This document shows, one piece after another, positions 41,560 to 55,879 of a stretch of DNA of 64,000 nt. The stretch is from Eledone cirrhosa. Its lineage: Eukaryota. Positions within the stretch are counted from its first letter, which is position 1; each line of letters begins with the position of its first letter. The stretch is from assembly GCA_964016885.1 (NCBI GenBank), contig OZ024743.1, positions 13,330,001-13,394,000 on the forward strand. The letters run 5' to 3'. Under the pieces are notes generated by a model. It was given only the letters and a program-made list of their open reading frames with translations. It was not told the DNA's origin and did no database searches. The translations under genes and the position numbers were made by a program.

Positions 41560-42515
41560 CCTTTATGTTGTCTCTTTACCTGTTAGAAATAGTAGACACA
41601 TTTCCTTCAAATTACATCACATAAGATCTCATTGCATAATATGTTCTTGATTTCCTTTCACATAGGAAAAATATGGGATGGCCAGGGCTAAAATGCTTCG
41701 AATCCTAAGCCGTCTTGATCGGGGCCGAGCTGAGGTAAAGAAAAAACAACAATAACGACAACACAAATGATGAGTCATGTAAAAAATCCCTCTGTGGTCG
41801 ATCTGTCTGCTAGAGATAATAACTAAATCTTGAAGACACATTGGACAATGTATTCTCGTATATTATAGAATAATACGGGATGCCATGGATAGGATACCTT
41901 TAATCATTATGGGTTCACTCTGGCTAAAAAATCAACAGATATTGATTTTTGACTTTTGCGAAAAGTCCGAAACTTGAACAAGATCCATACAGATTCGATA
42001 AATAATCACTTCAGCATTGTTGTGTATTCACTTCCCTCTCATTCTCTCCCCACTCTCTTCCTCTCTCTCTCTCACCATGAAAGTTATTCGGTATATCCCG
42101 ACTTGCTAAAATAGCAGCCAAATCTTCCGTAAATCAAATCCCTCCGTTTTAGAAAAGAAAACATTTGATCATTTCTTCATGAGATGTTCACAGATGGAAA
42201 GACATTGATCATAGCTCTGTCCAATCAAAGTCGGCCATGGACTAAATAACACTAACAAAGAGAGGGACTTTCTACGTGACCATCCTATATTCTGTTGTGT
42301 ATGTCTAAGATAACATTCCAAGTATCATTTCCTTCTTTAAGGGAGATTATATTGCATTGAGAGAAATGTGGCTGCTACTTCTAGTATGTAAAGTGACCAC
42401 GTAGTGGTTTCGTTGGTTACTATTGCTTTCACTTTACGACATCGTGTAGTCTATTGAGAGAGGTTTGGGTGCTATTTCTTGTAAGTAGTATGACCATGTA
42501 GTGGCTCCATTACAT
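41560..42515. repeat. Cluster of a second interspersed family with motif ATTTGGCTGCTATTTCTAG
   Basis: The motif recurs in both orientations here and near 75, 23600, 24540, 25080, 35200 and 44580. Probably a SINE; family not identified. Confidence 0.55.
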
Positions 42516-43244
42516 TATTTTCAAAAATTGGGCTCTACGATTTGAATGAATTTAGAATTTGTTAAAAAAGAAATATGAAATTTAAAAAGCAAAATAAAAC
42601 TAAAAAAAAAAAAGAAATCACTTGGAACTTCGATTTTATTTTATAAAAAAAAAAAAAATCCATTTAAATTTATTAAACAATTCTTACCGAAAACATAGCG
42701 AGACGAAATGTATTTATGAAACATTTCTTTTACGCCAATACTGCAAGGCGATGGCTATATTTCGCCGAAATATAGGTGATATATCTAAAGTTGTATTAGC
42801 TTTTGAAATATCGGAGATTAATAAATAATAACATTAATAAACAAATTGAAACATTTCTCTGCACACATATATAAAAAAATATCATATTAAATTTCTCATG
42901 AAATCATTACAGTTTAAGAAAGAGGAAACACATAAACATGAATAATGTAGCATCTAAATTCTAACATTAAAAATTAAACGTAAATATATGAAGCGGAGTA
43001 CTTACATATTTTTTGAAAACTTTCATTTCTAATAGGAAATTGGATATCGATAAAAATGGATTAGTAGACTTGCGTTGAGATCATCCAATTATTTTTTGTA
43101 ATATTACTTATAATATAGCAGTTGTAGTGAAATGGCAAAACCGTTAAGTGTGCATTTAATTCGATGTTTAGATCCGCCACAATGGAATTTACATTTCTGA
43201 TATGACTAATATCTAATTTACCTATTCTCGAAGGAGTAAGTACA

Positions 43245-43560
43245 AAATAATTGTTTCTATTTTTGGAACAAGGCCAGCAAATACCCAGTGCATTACTGGT
43301 ACTTTATTTTATCGACCCCGTAAGGATGAAAGGCAAAGTTAACCTTGGCGGGATTTGAACTCAGAATCGCAAGGGCCGTAACTCTATGCGTCAAAGCATG
43401 GCGTCCGACCCTAAATAATGGTTTCTCATTTAGGCACAAGGCCAACAATCCGTGAGCAGGGGAAGTCAATTAAATCGATCCCAGTGCATTACTGGTACTA
43501 TATTTTATCGACTCAGTAAGGAGAAAAGGCAAACCTAATTTCGGCTGAATGTGAACATAG
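43245..43560 (-). mobile_element. Two adjacent tRNA-SINE copies
   Basis: Reverse complement of the same SINE head and core. Confidence 0.82.
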
Positions 43561-43748
43561 AGTAAGTGCAAAATAATAATAAAAAATTACACTTACAATC
43601 TGGGGACTGACGGACACACACACAGATATAGGAGTGACGGAGGCAGTCAGGGTGGGACTTTAGAGTCTTTCTGTTCGATCTGGTGTATATGAATGTTTCA
43701 CAGAGACATACTCACACTGAGGCAGTGCAGTTATAAACAGATTAAAGC

Positions 43749-43776
<28 letters not shown>

Positions 43777-43781
<5 letters not shown>

Positions 43782-43963
43782 AAAAAGTATGACCCCGACG
43801 GCAGAGCTCAAGCCGTTTCGACGGCTATTTCAGAAATAGCCGTCGAAACGGCTTGAGCTCTGCCGCCGGGGTCATACTTTTTCCTATTTCCCACTCTACT
43901 ACCCTAAGTATTAAGTACTCTGGTGCGTTATGGTCCATCTGGTTCCTTACCACAATTCCTTTG

Positions 43964-43964
<1 letters not shown>
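43777..43964 (+). mobile_element. Fold-back PLE-type remnant with the 3' half of a hammerhead
   Basis: Palindrome 43777-43887 with one mismatch and axis at 43832. Left arm (- strand) reads GCCGTC-GAA-ACGGC TTGAGCTCT GCCGT-C-GGGGTC. 75-bp tail; flanked by (TA)n. Confidence 0.72.
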
Positions 43965-44022
<58 letters not shown>

Positions 44023-44029
<7 letters not shown>

Positions 44030-44218
44030 AAAATGGCTTCTACAGGACTAGTACTGTTTCATTAGGAAGAAATCATCAGAAAAGCGCTTTTCTGATGATT
44101 CCTTCCGAATGAAATAGTTCTAGTCCCGTAGAAGCCATTTCTATATTAAATATTTATACTCTGTTATGTATTGAGTACCTTACTTACTGTGGTTACCCCG
44201 ATTGAACCCGGGATAAAC
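44023..44218 (+). mobile_element. Short hammerhead-bearing fold-back insertion, copy 2
   Basis: Imperfect palindrome 44023-44148, axis AAAAGC|GCTTTT immediately 5' of CTGATGA. Same tail as copy 1. In (TA)n. Confidence 0.78.
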
Positions 44219-44233
44219 ATATATATATATATA

Positions 44234-45149
44234 CTAGCATTAAAGCCCGGCGTTGCTCGGGGTCAGTAAGTTACCAAAGTTAGGTTGCACCACCCATTTT
44301 ATGGCAGCACTTTTTTGTAGGCCAGGCACCGGGTGAATGAATTGCAGACCTGGACTGCCGAAGCAGGAGCTGCGCCAGCAGTGACAATTATAGTTTCGCC
44401 TATGGATATTATCTCTGTGCAAAGAAGTGTTGAAATGTATTGTTTCACAGGACTTGCGCAACACGCGCGTAGACGATACCAGCCGAGCAACAGAGCTGCG
44501 ATGGAGTTGTTCTGCATGGTTGTCTCATGTGTGTTTTCTAAATTTAAGACAGTAGGGAGGGGTGTGATATGGGGGAGAGTTAGCTGGTGTTTCTAGCAGG
44601 TTTAGTGACCTCATAGAGGATATGTCTTCTAAATTTAAGACAATAGGGAGTGGTGTAATATGGGGGAGAGTTAGCTACTGTTTCTAGCAGGTTTAGTGAC
44701 CTCATAGAGGATATTATTGGAAGTAAATAAATGTTTGACCGTTCCACACTCAAAAACAAACGTTCTCTCTCTCCCTCTCCCTCTCTCTCCCTCTCTCTCT
44801 ATCTCTCTCACTCTCTCTCTCTATTAAAGTTTGTAAGTTTAATCGTATATCAGAGTAAGTTGCAGCATGTATGTAGTTTTATCGAATTTTAAGAGGAGTA
44901 GAGAGAAGTAAACTGATTGTATTAGAGGGGTAAAGCGTCATGTATTTAGTTTTATCGATTATTTCCGTAATTATGGGTGAGTGTGAATGAAATAAATAGT
45001 CGTTGACGGAAGTTAGACCATTTACAACATTCTTACAGACTTTGAGTCGAATCGGTTTGAAATTGTGCAAATGTATAAACATGGAACATGCACACACACA
45101 CACACACACACACACACAACAACAACAATCTGCCTTTTATAGATAATGA
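44234..45149 (-). mobile_element. Non-autonomous Helitron-like element
   Basis: The minus strand ends CCCGAGCAACGCCGGG (hairpin)-CTTTAATG-CTAG and begins TC-ATTATCTATAAAAG. Sits in an AT context. Contains microsatellites and an about 88-bp internal tandem duplication (44535-44710). Confidence 0.65.
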
Positions 45150-45161
45150 TATATATATATA

Positions 45162-45199
<38 letters not shown>

Positions 45200-45952
45200 C
45201 TTGGGAACAACACTCCTATTAGACAGGTATTAAAAGAGACGACTATGTTTCAATCTTATCTTTTTTATTAATTTTATTTATATTTTCTGAAGTGAACTTT
45301 ACAGCTGGCATGGAATTGTTCTGTCAGTTTTACAGTTGGCTAATGTGATATATATATATGAAATTTGACTCATAATTCTATTTGGGCGTCATCAGTACGA
45401 TATATTTGTTTGAGAACTGTGAATGTTGATTTTGGGAGAATTTTAGCGTTGTGTTGTCATATAAGTAATGCTTCCATAGTTAATCGTCTGATTTGTGATA
45501 AATTCTATATTTTAAGTATGTATTTCTATATCTAGCTTGATTGTCTATATATAGCTGTTGTGCAGTGTGTTGCAATTGATCTTTGTAAATGCAGAGCAAA
45601 ATTGACATAGAAAGAGATCTTGTGTATATATGGCTAACATAACAGTTGGAATTATGAAGTTTTATAAATTTTGATTATTTATAGGTATTTAGTACTTCAT
45701 TATAGCTGAACATCAGTAGGCTAGCATCTTGATCTCCACACGTTGCTTCGCTACACATGCCTCATCTCAATATATTTTGGTCTTCTACTCTGGTTAACCT
45801 CCTACATTTCGACCACATCTTTCAGGTTTCTCAAACGCCTAGCCTCCTTGTAAACGTTGCCCGATTTTTTCAACTATTATACTTATATTGATTATCAATC
45901 CTTACGTTTATCAACATTAAGAACACTACGTTTAATACATACACGCACACCC

Positions 45953-46075
<123 letters not shown>

Positions 46076-46918
46076 TGTGTGTGTGTGTATATATATGTAT
46101 ATATATATATATTTATACAAATATATATAAATACATATGCAAATGTAAAAATACTAAAATAAATTTTTCAAACAATCGAACACCGCCAAAGTAAATTAAA
46201 ATGCCAAATCCAACAGAAGAGTCTAAAAAAGAAAGGAGATAATCACTACTGACTTTTCTAAATTGTTTAATACTCCAGTTGTAAGTACGAACGTGATACA
46301 TATACATATTAAACAATTGAAAGAAAACGACAATTTAAGTGATAATGACATTTTTTCTTTTCACCTAATGAAAAATAAAAAAATATATATAATTTGCTGT
46401 TTTAGAAGTGAATCTAATAAAATCAATAACTGACTACATCAATGTTCGTACAAATGACAATTAATAAATTAAAAACACGAGAATCTGGATTCGAACAAAG
46501 GAATAAAAGAACTGATAGCTAAATAGATTGATTGGAATGGAAACTAATTTCAAAGAAAGTCAATTCTGAGGATTTTCTTTCTTCATTTTTATGGAGTTCC
46601 TTAATGAGAATTTTAATTTGTTTATTTGATTTAGTGCACCGCTTGACAGCCAGCCGTCGAGAGTGGAGTGGCACTACGTATGATACGTCTCCCATCCAGT
46701 GAGTCATGTGTACCAACACATGTTCGATCCACAAACCATCAAGTGAGCTTCTAAACGATCAAACGTGAACGGCGTTATAAGTTTCAATGAGGAAATTCAA
46801 CTAGGTTGCTCAACCTATTAGAAATATTATTTAAGTTGTTTAATTTTCCCTCAAGTACACACAAAAAAACCTTAGTATACCTTAACTAATATAAATACAA
46901 ATATTTTATGTATGACCA

Positions 46919-46970
<52 letters not shown>

Positions 46971-47806
46971 CCCACCATCACCACCACCACCACTTCTTCT
47001 GGTTGTTTTCTTCCATTCTACTGGTGCATGCTCACACGGATCAGTCTCGCAACTCTCATCTAAATTCGAACAGCGTTGGAATTTAGATGAGAGACTGATG
47101 AACTATATAAAAACCTCGCCTGAATTGAAGCTTGCACAAAAAAATTAAAATAATGAAAAAAAAAAACAGTGGAAGAGCGGACTCTCCACTGCGGTCAGAC
47201 ACGAAGTGCTACACGGCAGGAAAGTCACGCTGTAATATATGACGGAGGTGATGTAAGTAATCACCACTTAACTTTTCAGGTATATGTCCCCGTTTGGCTA
47301 TTTCTGAATGAGAGTAGCCTCCCTGCTCATTACTTCATCGTATATCTTGTCCCACTGGAGATCTGGACCCAGTCAGAAACCAAGCATCATTTTCAAAATT
47401 ACATGTTACGAAAAGGAGTATTTCAGCTCAGAAGCGCAAGGTTGCAAAACGTGTTATGGATGTAGGTATGCTTGCGTATTATAATTTCAGCGAGTATCAG
47501 AATGTTTAGGTAAGCTCCAAGCAATTCGGAATGTGACTATGAATTCAATCCCCATTTAAAGCCAATTTAAATCGCCATTTAAAGCCCAAACGCTTCAAAA
47601 TATAACCTTAAGTAATAATACTTCTTCGAGTTAGATGCATAATGGATGAGTTGTTAGAAATTTTAACTACATATTATTGTTAACTCTTTTAATGTGGAGA
47701 TTATTATAGTAAACATACGCATACATATATGTACGTCAATAACAAAATGTGTATATGTGTATATGTTTCAGAAGAGTTGGAGAAGATCCCGTTAAGGGTG
47801 AAAGCA

Positions 47807-47851
<45 letters not shown>

Positions 47852-47964
47852 GCCTGCCCTCTCAGCCAGTGGGATGGCGTTATCTTATGGCTAAAACAGC
47901 ACGAAGTGCTGTGACCAGCTGCGCCAATTGGCGCCCGACAGACTGGTCGGTCAAGGTGATCAAG

Positions 47965-48016
<52 letters not shown>

Positions 48017-48227
48017 CATACACACTACTAGTGGAAGCTTAGTAAAATCGAAGCTTTGTCTGTGGCCAAGCAAAGTCGACCTACAATAAGGAATGAGTAA
48101 CAAAGCACTCGATAAGGGTAGGTCCTTAGAGTAATAACATACATTTACATAGCTTGACAAATTGAAAATTGCGGTAAGCAATACCCAACCATACAATACC
48201 AAAGTAACGAAAGAACTAATCAGGTTT

Positions 48228-48289
<62 letters not shown>

Positions 48290-48769
48290 AACATACACAT
48301 CCATATATACATATGTACGTATAGGTTATATCGAACATTAATTATAATGTTCGATTCGCTTGTAAACAAACGACCCGACTTGAAGCTGTGCCGTGCCGGT
48401 GACCGATCATCACCTGTTTGTTCAACACTGGTTTTGAGGAATAATCAACATGATTCTGGGTCATCACCCTTCATCAGGATTGTATATTTGTCTGCCAGTC
48501 CGTTGAACAGTTGAAAATATATAGAATTTGAGTAGCCTCATTTGCATACCGGGCAAGTTACGGCTGGCCTTGCAGAATATTGAAAATAAAATCACAATTT
48601 TATTTCTCGCTCTAGCACAGCTGATAAATAATTGTAAATATGCACACACACACAGAAACATGTTGATTGTTCCTCAAAGCCATGTGTGTGCATGCGAGAG
48701 TTTGAGGAAGTTTCGGTGTGTATGTGGTTGTGTGTTTGTGTTATCAATAGGAATAGGCCTCTGTTATAC

Positions 48770-48900
48770 TTTCGTACTGACAATCGATATCTATTCGAAT
48801 ACATATCACCATTTGCTGATCTCAGAATGATATCTATCTTAATTGATATCAATCGACTAGAAAACATGGAAAATGCCCTTCAGTAGAGATATATCAAGTT
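48770..48900 (+). mobile_element. Short CR1/L2-like RT C-terminal remnant
   Basis: RYLFEYISPF...DINRLENME resembles RPHLEYC..W.P....DI..LE.VQ. Confidence 0.35.
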
Positions 48901-48946
48901 GACGCATAGAGAAATATCCTTTCTCTCCTATGCAATGACCCAGAGA

Positions 48947-48991
<45 letters not shown>

Positions 48992-49450
48992 TGTGTGTGT
49001 GTATGTGTGCGTAAATGAAGAAAAAAAAAGAGAGGAGACAGGCGGAAGGGAAGTGTTCGAAATTAGCCAATATTTTAGAGGAACTCCTGCCTGTAGAGGT
49101 GTTATAATAAACACAATCATTTTATACTACAAAGAATATAAAGAACTCATAACTGATAGGGTGATTTTACAATGACTATTTTGCGCTAGCTGAGCAGCTT
49201 TAATTATGAAGAAAATGGCTGCTTCCGGTTGAGAAAAAAAGTGCCCTAGTAAAGTAAAAAGGGAGAGAACTTTAGAGATAGGTGGTAAAGATAATTCTGT
49301 CAAGGTAGTAAGTTAGGTAATGAAATTATATTTAAGTAGGGGCGGTAACTTAATGAGAATAATATAATTAAAGATTAAAAATCATAAAATATTAGTAACA
49401 ACGATCTTTAATTATTTAACATAAAATGAGTATTTTGAATGGTTTACATA

Positions 49451-49546
<96 letters not shown>

Positions 49547-49833
49547 AGAGAGTATTGAAATATATATATTCTTTAAAAAGGTAATATTTGAAGCTCTAGT
49601 TAAACTTTAATTAATTGCCTACCTGGCTATGTGTGATTACACACCTTACAAATTATCCCTTGTGATTGTTTCATGTGTTCATTTTAAATATATATATATA
49701 TGTCAATCAATTTCTAGTTGATATAAAATGCTCAGATCTATTCATTGGAATCTTTGAGCTTATTCTACAGTGGATATGGCGCATGTCTCGGACATGACTC
49801 CCTTAATTTAATTTAATTAAAGTATGTTCATTT

Positions 49834-49891
<58 letters not shown>

Positions 49892-49939
49892 TATTGAAGT
49901 TTTTGTTGAAAATTGAAAAAGTCATAGGAGTGAAAAGTG

Positions 49940-51725
49940 GTCTATGTAAGTTACAGAGCTAAATTTAATGTATAATAAACTACAATATAATTACTCATTA
50001 ATTACCAATATTGTTCACCTATGCAGAGTGCGCATCGTCTTGTTCCTTTTGCATATTCTTTAGATTGGTACAAAATTGACCAATCTAATTTATATTGGAT
50101 ACCTTGGTCTTTCAAATCCCATATTCTGCTAACCAGAGCTTTTGTCAATCTTTTTTCAGTATGTCGGAAAGATGAGACATGTGAGTAATAACGCGTTTTG
50201 AATTTGTCTTGTTGCATACCCACATATCGTTCGCTGGTGGCTGGTAGGTTGTTGCTCGTGGTTGTCACTTTAGCTTCATATACAATGGGTTTGGTGTTGC
50301 ATTTACCTTGTAATGGGCATTCACCTTGGACTCTACAGGAGCAATTTTGATGTTCTCTGGGTATTTTCTTATTGAGGATATAAGATTTAATAGAGGGACC
50401 GCTGGAATAGCTGATTTTGACACAGTTTCTATTGAAGATCTTATAGTATCTAGGAAAATGGTTATCAATGAGCTCTAGGATTTGTTTGCCTACATTAGTT
50501 TTAACTGCTAAAGACTAGGTGTGTGTGAACCAGATTATTTTCCTTTTCCTATTATTATGTTTAAAGGAGTTAGTATTGTTGCGTATGTACTTAATCGGTT
50601 CGCTAAATCCGCTATTTTGAAGGGCTTTATTATAGTAGGGGGATGCCTTATTGAAAATAGCTTCTGAGGAAAACGGTGGAGATCCTACGGCTAATATTAG
50701 GGATAAGTTTTTCAAAAACTATAGGAGGATGGCAAGAGCCTTTATTTATATACTTTAAATTTTCATTTGGTTTATGGTACGGTTTATAAGAAGCAGTAGG
50801 CAGATCTAGGTTTATATCTAGAAAATTAACATTAGAAAGGTTAGTGTCAATGGTAATTTTAAGATTAAAACTAGCGAAGGTTTTTATTAAGTCTTTCCTG
50901 AATCTATCTAACTTATGGCCTATAGTGGTATGGGAAAGTATTAGACCATCGTCACGATAAAGCCCAAAGGTATGGTTAGGGAATTTTTCTTTAAGTGTGT
51001 GTAGGAGGAATAGGCCGACTAATTCACACACGTCAGCACTGTCAAAAGAACCCATTGAGACATCGAATGGGTTCTCTGGGTTAGATTTCTTTACCCAAGT
51101 GTCATTATTAGTAAACAGTAAAGTGTTTCTAGCATGGAAAATGACATTCTCTTCAATATCAGAAATATTGATAAACTCTTTAGCGAAATTTAATACTTTC
51201 GTTAAAAGAGGGTGAGTATAGACGGGTAGAAGTCTACAATGTCAAATTGGGTGAATCTAGAACTATTTTTATCTTTAATATGTTTAAACCAATGTACTAC
51301 AGAAGAGCTAGAGCCATTGGAGTAATTCAGACTTACTTCTAATATGTTTGTTTATATTACTTAATATTTTTTTTGCTAGCAAGGCCGATTTCAGTCTTTG
51401 CAGGGTTGATTAATCTACAACTGGGACGATTATTAAAATCAGATTTGTGATCTTTGATGGTGATATAGGCATTACGTCTGGCAAGTTTTTCTGTTCTATT
51501 GTCTATTTAAAAAAAAACTAGTTAATTCTTTGGCTTCCTTATTAATAGTATTATAGGTGTTTATATTAGCTATTTGATATTTAGAGGTGATGCTATCTGT
51601 TAAGAGTTGGATACTTTATATCTTCACAATTTTACATATTTTACTTCCCCCTTTACTTTCACTACCTGTTTTTAACTCCAGATATATTCTGTTGTCCCTC
51701 AGCAGCTTTTATCTATGTTTACTTG
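49940..51725 (-). mobile_element. Degraded Hydra-clade-like PLE (RT plus GIY-YIG, frameshifted)
   Basis: Minus-strand motifs: ITIKDHK...[12 protein letters not shown]; FTQFDIVDFYPSI; MGSFDSADVCELVG; GLYRDDGL; VNFLDINLDL; RKRKIIWF; YVGM-FKTRY-SH-SSF; CALC-E. Confidence 0.88.
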
Positions 51726-52691
51726 CGTATATCTTGTACCTATTTATTCATACGGGTGGTTTTTATATATGTATGTATGCGTGCATGTGTGCATATGTGT
51801 GTATACGTGTTTGTATATGTATACGGATGTATTCGTATGTGCCCGTGTATGTGTATATGTGTGCGTGTATGTGTGCTTTTACGTGTATGTGTATATGTGT
51901 GCGTGTATGTGTGCTTTTACGTGTATGTTTTTTACATATATATATATATATATATATGGTCGCGTGCGTGCGTGTGATTAGATGTACATGTATGTATATA
52001 TATGTGTATCGCGTGTATGTATGCGTGTTTTTGGATGTATGTGTCCTCTTGTGTTTGTGTTTTTGTCTGTACGTATATATATATATATATATATACATTC
52101 ATTTTTAACTTTATTTTTAATTTTATTTTTATTTTTACTTCACGTCCACAAGTAACCCCCCCTGCTTTTCGATTCACTTGCCTAGTGTCTTCGCGTTCCA
52201 CATTTTACTTCCCCATTTTCTTTGACTACCTGATATCACATGTCACTTGCGTTTTCCACTCTAGATATATTCCGTTGTTTCGCAGCCGATTTTATATTTA
52301 TATTTGTGCTCATTTATTCATATGGCTCATTTATGGTCTGTATCTATGTGTCTAAGTGTGCTTATGTGTGTATACGTTCTGTGTGTGTATACGAACGCCT
52401 CCGTATGTGTGCGTGCGTACGTATATATATGTGTGTGTATGTGTGTTTTTATATCTATGTTTTTTAAATCTATGTTTTTTACATTGTTATTTTTACGTGT
52501 GTGTATGCGGGTGAATGTATGTGTATGTGTATGTATATGTGTATATATGTATATGTGCGTATGGGCGTGTATGTATATGTGTATATATATATATATAGTC
52601 GCGTACATACGTGTGATTAGATATACGTGTGATTAAATATGTACAGACAAAAGCGCATGCATGCGCACATACACACACACGAGGCACGCAT

Positions 52692-52765
<74 letters not shown>

Positions 52766-53305
52766 GTACGAACTTCTGCATGTTTTCTACTTATTATTTA
52801 TTTTTTCTAGTGTTACTTTATAATTGATAACCCCTCCCACTTACTTTCTCTTTACCTTAATTTTTATTCTTATCTTATATATTACTTCATTAATTTTTCA
52901 TATTTTATATTTTTATATCTGTATCGACCTTCAGTCTGACACTGCTTTGACTGATACACTCCCTTCCCTGTATATATCACATACATATATGTAGTTGCGC
53001 GTGTGTGTATGTTTATATGCGTGCGTCCTTTCATCCTTGTAAGTGTATATATTTCAATTCTTAGTCCCCGAGTCTGTATGTACGCTAACTCTATTATCTT
53101 ACAATTCCTTTTTCAACATATATTGTATACGTATTTATATACACTGATACGCTTGCACTCATGTATGTACTTACGCACACATTTGTTCACTATACACATG
53201 TATTTGTACATACACACATATGGACATTTGTAGGTGCATATACACACATTTATATACATACCCTTACTATATTTCTTTATTTTATTTTTATATATCTCTT
53301 GTATT

Positions 53306-53492
53306 GTGGATTGGCAGCGCCGGTAGACGGTCGGACGCTATGCTTTGTAGCACAGTTACGTTCCTTTACGGACTGAGTTCAAGTCCCGCCGAGGTTAATT
53401 TTGCCTTTCATCCTTACGGGGTCGATAAAATAAAGTACCAGTAATACCCTGGGATAATTGCTGGCCTTGTGCCAAAAGTAGAAACAATTATT
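53306..53492 (+). mobile_element. tRNA-SINE, full-length copy
   Basis: GTGGATTGGCAG...GAGTTCAAGTCCCGCCGAGG...GCCTTTCATCCTTACGGGGTCG...AGAAACAATTATT. Confidence 0.85.
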
Positions 53493-53696
53493 ACTTTTAT
53501 TCATATATTTTTTTTACCCGTTAAACTTTTGCCTTTCTTGAGGAGATTTTTCAAATATTTCACTGTTTTAAATTGCCTTGTCTGACGAAGGAATGCGGGC
53601 GTTTCTTGTATTCGTCTGATTCGGGAAACCTCTGGTAATGAGGTAATTATATTGTATTGTTTATTATACATTATATATTTATATATATATATATAT

Positions 53697-53890
53697 ATAA
53701 CAAATTTAATATAGAAATGACTTCTACAAGACTGGCGCTGTTTCATTCGAAGGACATCATCAAGGCTTTCATAATGATTTCTTTTGAATAACACAGTTCT
53801 ATTCCTGTAGCAGCCATTTCTATATTAAATTTGTTGTTTACAATCTACTAATGTTTATGAAGGTAACAGGAATAACCGCGTATCTTTGCG
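53697..53890 (+). mobile_element. Short hammerhead-bearing fold-back insertion, copy 3 (decayed)
   Basis: Imperfect palindrome about 53697-53837, homologous to copy 2 (TGATGA...GAATGAAACAG...CTGTAG-AGCCATTTCTATATTAAAT). Follows (TA)n. Confidence 0.68.
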
Positions 53891-54405
53891 AAATTTGTTT
53901 TATTCCATTTGTATTGCCATTACAGGTTTAACTTCCTTTCAAATTATTTTGCCATCATTCGCCCTTTTGGCTGTATTATATTGCAGACAAGCAAGTAAGC
54001 AAGGAAGCACATATTTTTAGTAATATATAGATAAAGTTAAACAATGAATGGCTATGAAAAACAATGTTAGATCGTTAATTTTCCATTCTTTTGCGATGGA
54101 ACTAATGACAAATCAATAGTAGATATGTAATTCCTTGTTATCAGCGTCCGAATAGCACATCGTATGTGCTGTCAAACCTCAGAAGAATGTTGATCGTAGA
54201 ATATTTTTACTCTTCGAAATCGTCGTAAAACTATCGATTAATTAATTTCCTCAACCACCTTTTCTCATTCCTTAACCTTTTTTTTTAAATAACATTATAT
54301 AAGACATATATGAGGATATCATACTTTCACAAAAACAAATAAAGTACGGCTTTTATTTAATATTCAGATCAACACTTCATCGTGTTATTAATCCTAACCT
54401 CACTG

Positions 54406-54502
<97 letters not shown>

Positions 54503-54803
54503 ATGAGTGTGTGTGTGTGCGTGTGTGTGTTGGTGTGATTGCGCATATATATATGGATATATTCATTCATACACATTTACACGTATATGTGGCACGTGCC
54601 AAAAAACAAACAAAACCAAAGCAAAAAAAGAGCGAAACAAATAAAAAAAAAAAAACAGTACGTTACGTTGATATATTTTTTTAATTTTAGAGGTCCATGA
54701 CTAACACATATTTCTCGGAATATCTGAGATGTGCAGACCCCATTTAATTCCCCATATTTATTTGCCCTTTATTGACTGATAAAACCTCAAGTCCCTCTCT
54801 CTT

Positions 54804-54849
<46 letters not shown>

Positions 54850-54869
54850 AATATATATATATATGTGTG

Positions 54870-54963
<94 letters not shown>

Positions 54964-55345
54964 GTATGTATCTGCATGTGTTTGTGAGTGTCTGTGTGTG
55001 TGTGTGCAAGTGTGTATGTATGTGTGTCTATATGCTTACATTTGTGGTCGTGTCTGTATTTATAACCCGTAAATTAATGGTTCAACAAAAATTGTAAAAC
55101 ACAAACTGATTTGTTCAAGGGGAACAACTATTTTTTTTAAAGTTTTTTTTTCACAGTCAAAGGGAAGTAATAATTTATGAACCCTAGTAGGCAGTATGGA
55201 CAACGAACTTTGTATGAATTAAGATAATCCAAATAAATATATCTCTACCTGCACATGTTTTTCTACATGATATTTTGCGAGAAATTGACCTCAAATCGAT
55301 CAGATAACAACAGAAAAACGGTTCGAAATGCTTTTACACGCTAAA

Positions 55346-55385
<40 letters not shown>

Positions 55386-55879
55386 TATAAGTAATGTAAA
55401 TCGACCTGAGAGTTAAGCAGTTATTGAAAATTATTTACAGAAATTTATAATGTGACTGAAGCAAATCCTTGATCTTGCATTGTATATCGATGCAATGAAT
55501 AAATCACACGGGTTACAGCAACGATGTTTAATGCTTGTTTGTTAAGTTTGTCAATCCCTTAGCAGTCAATTGTTTGGAACATGCGTCAGAAGTAAGTAGG
55601 TTCTTTTAACAATATAACTTCTTACATCAACGCAATTGCAAACAGAAAAGACGAGTAAATAATAGAGTCTGTACGTGGTTGCTATTACTGTTAAAATTGA
55701 TGTCGTTGATCTTCTTATTTATTTTCCTTTCACTCATTCTATCTTCCTTCATTGGAATAACATTTGAAATATTAAGACACTCTCCTCCTCCTCTCCTCCT
55801 TCTTCTTCTTCTTCTTCTTCTTCTTCTTCTGTCCTATCTGAAGCAATCCTCCCCAAGCGATAACTGCTGAGCTCATGGA

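Noticed and set aside
47850-47900. HDV-like ribozyme (starts GGCCTGC)
   Set aside because: No complementary P1 3' strand or nested pseudoknot found.
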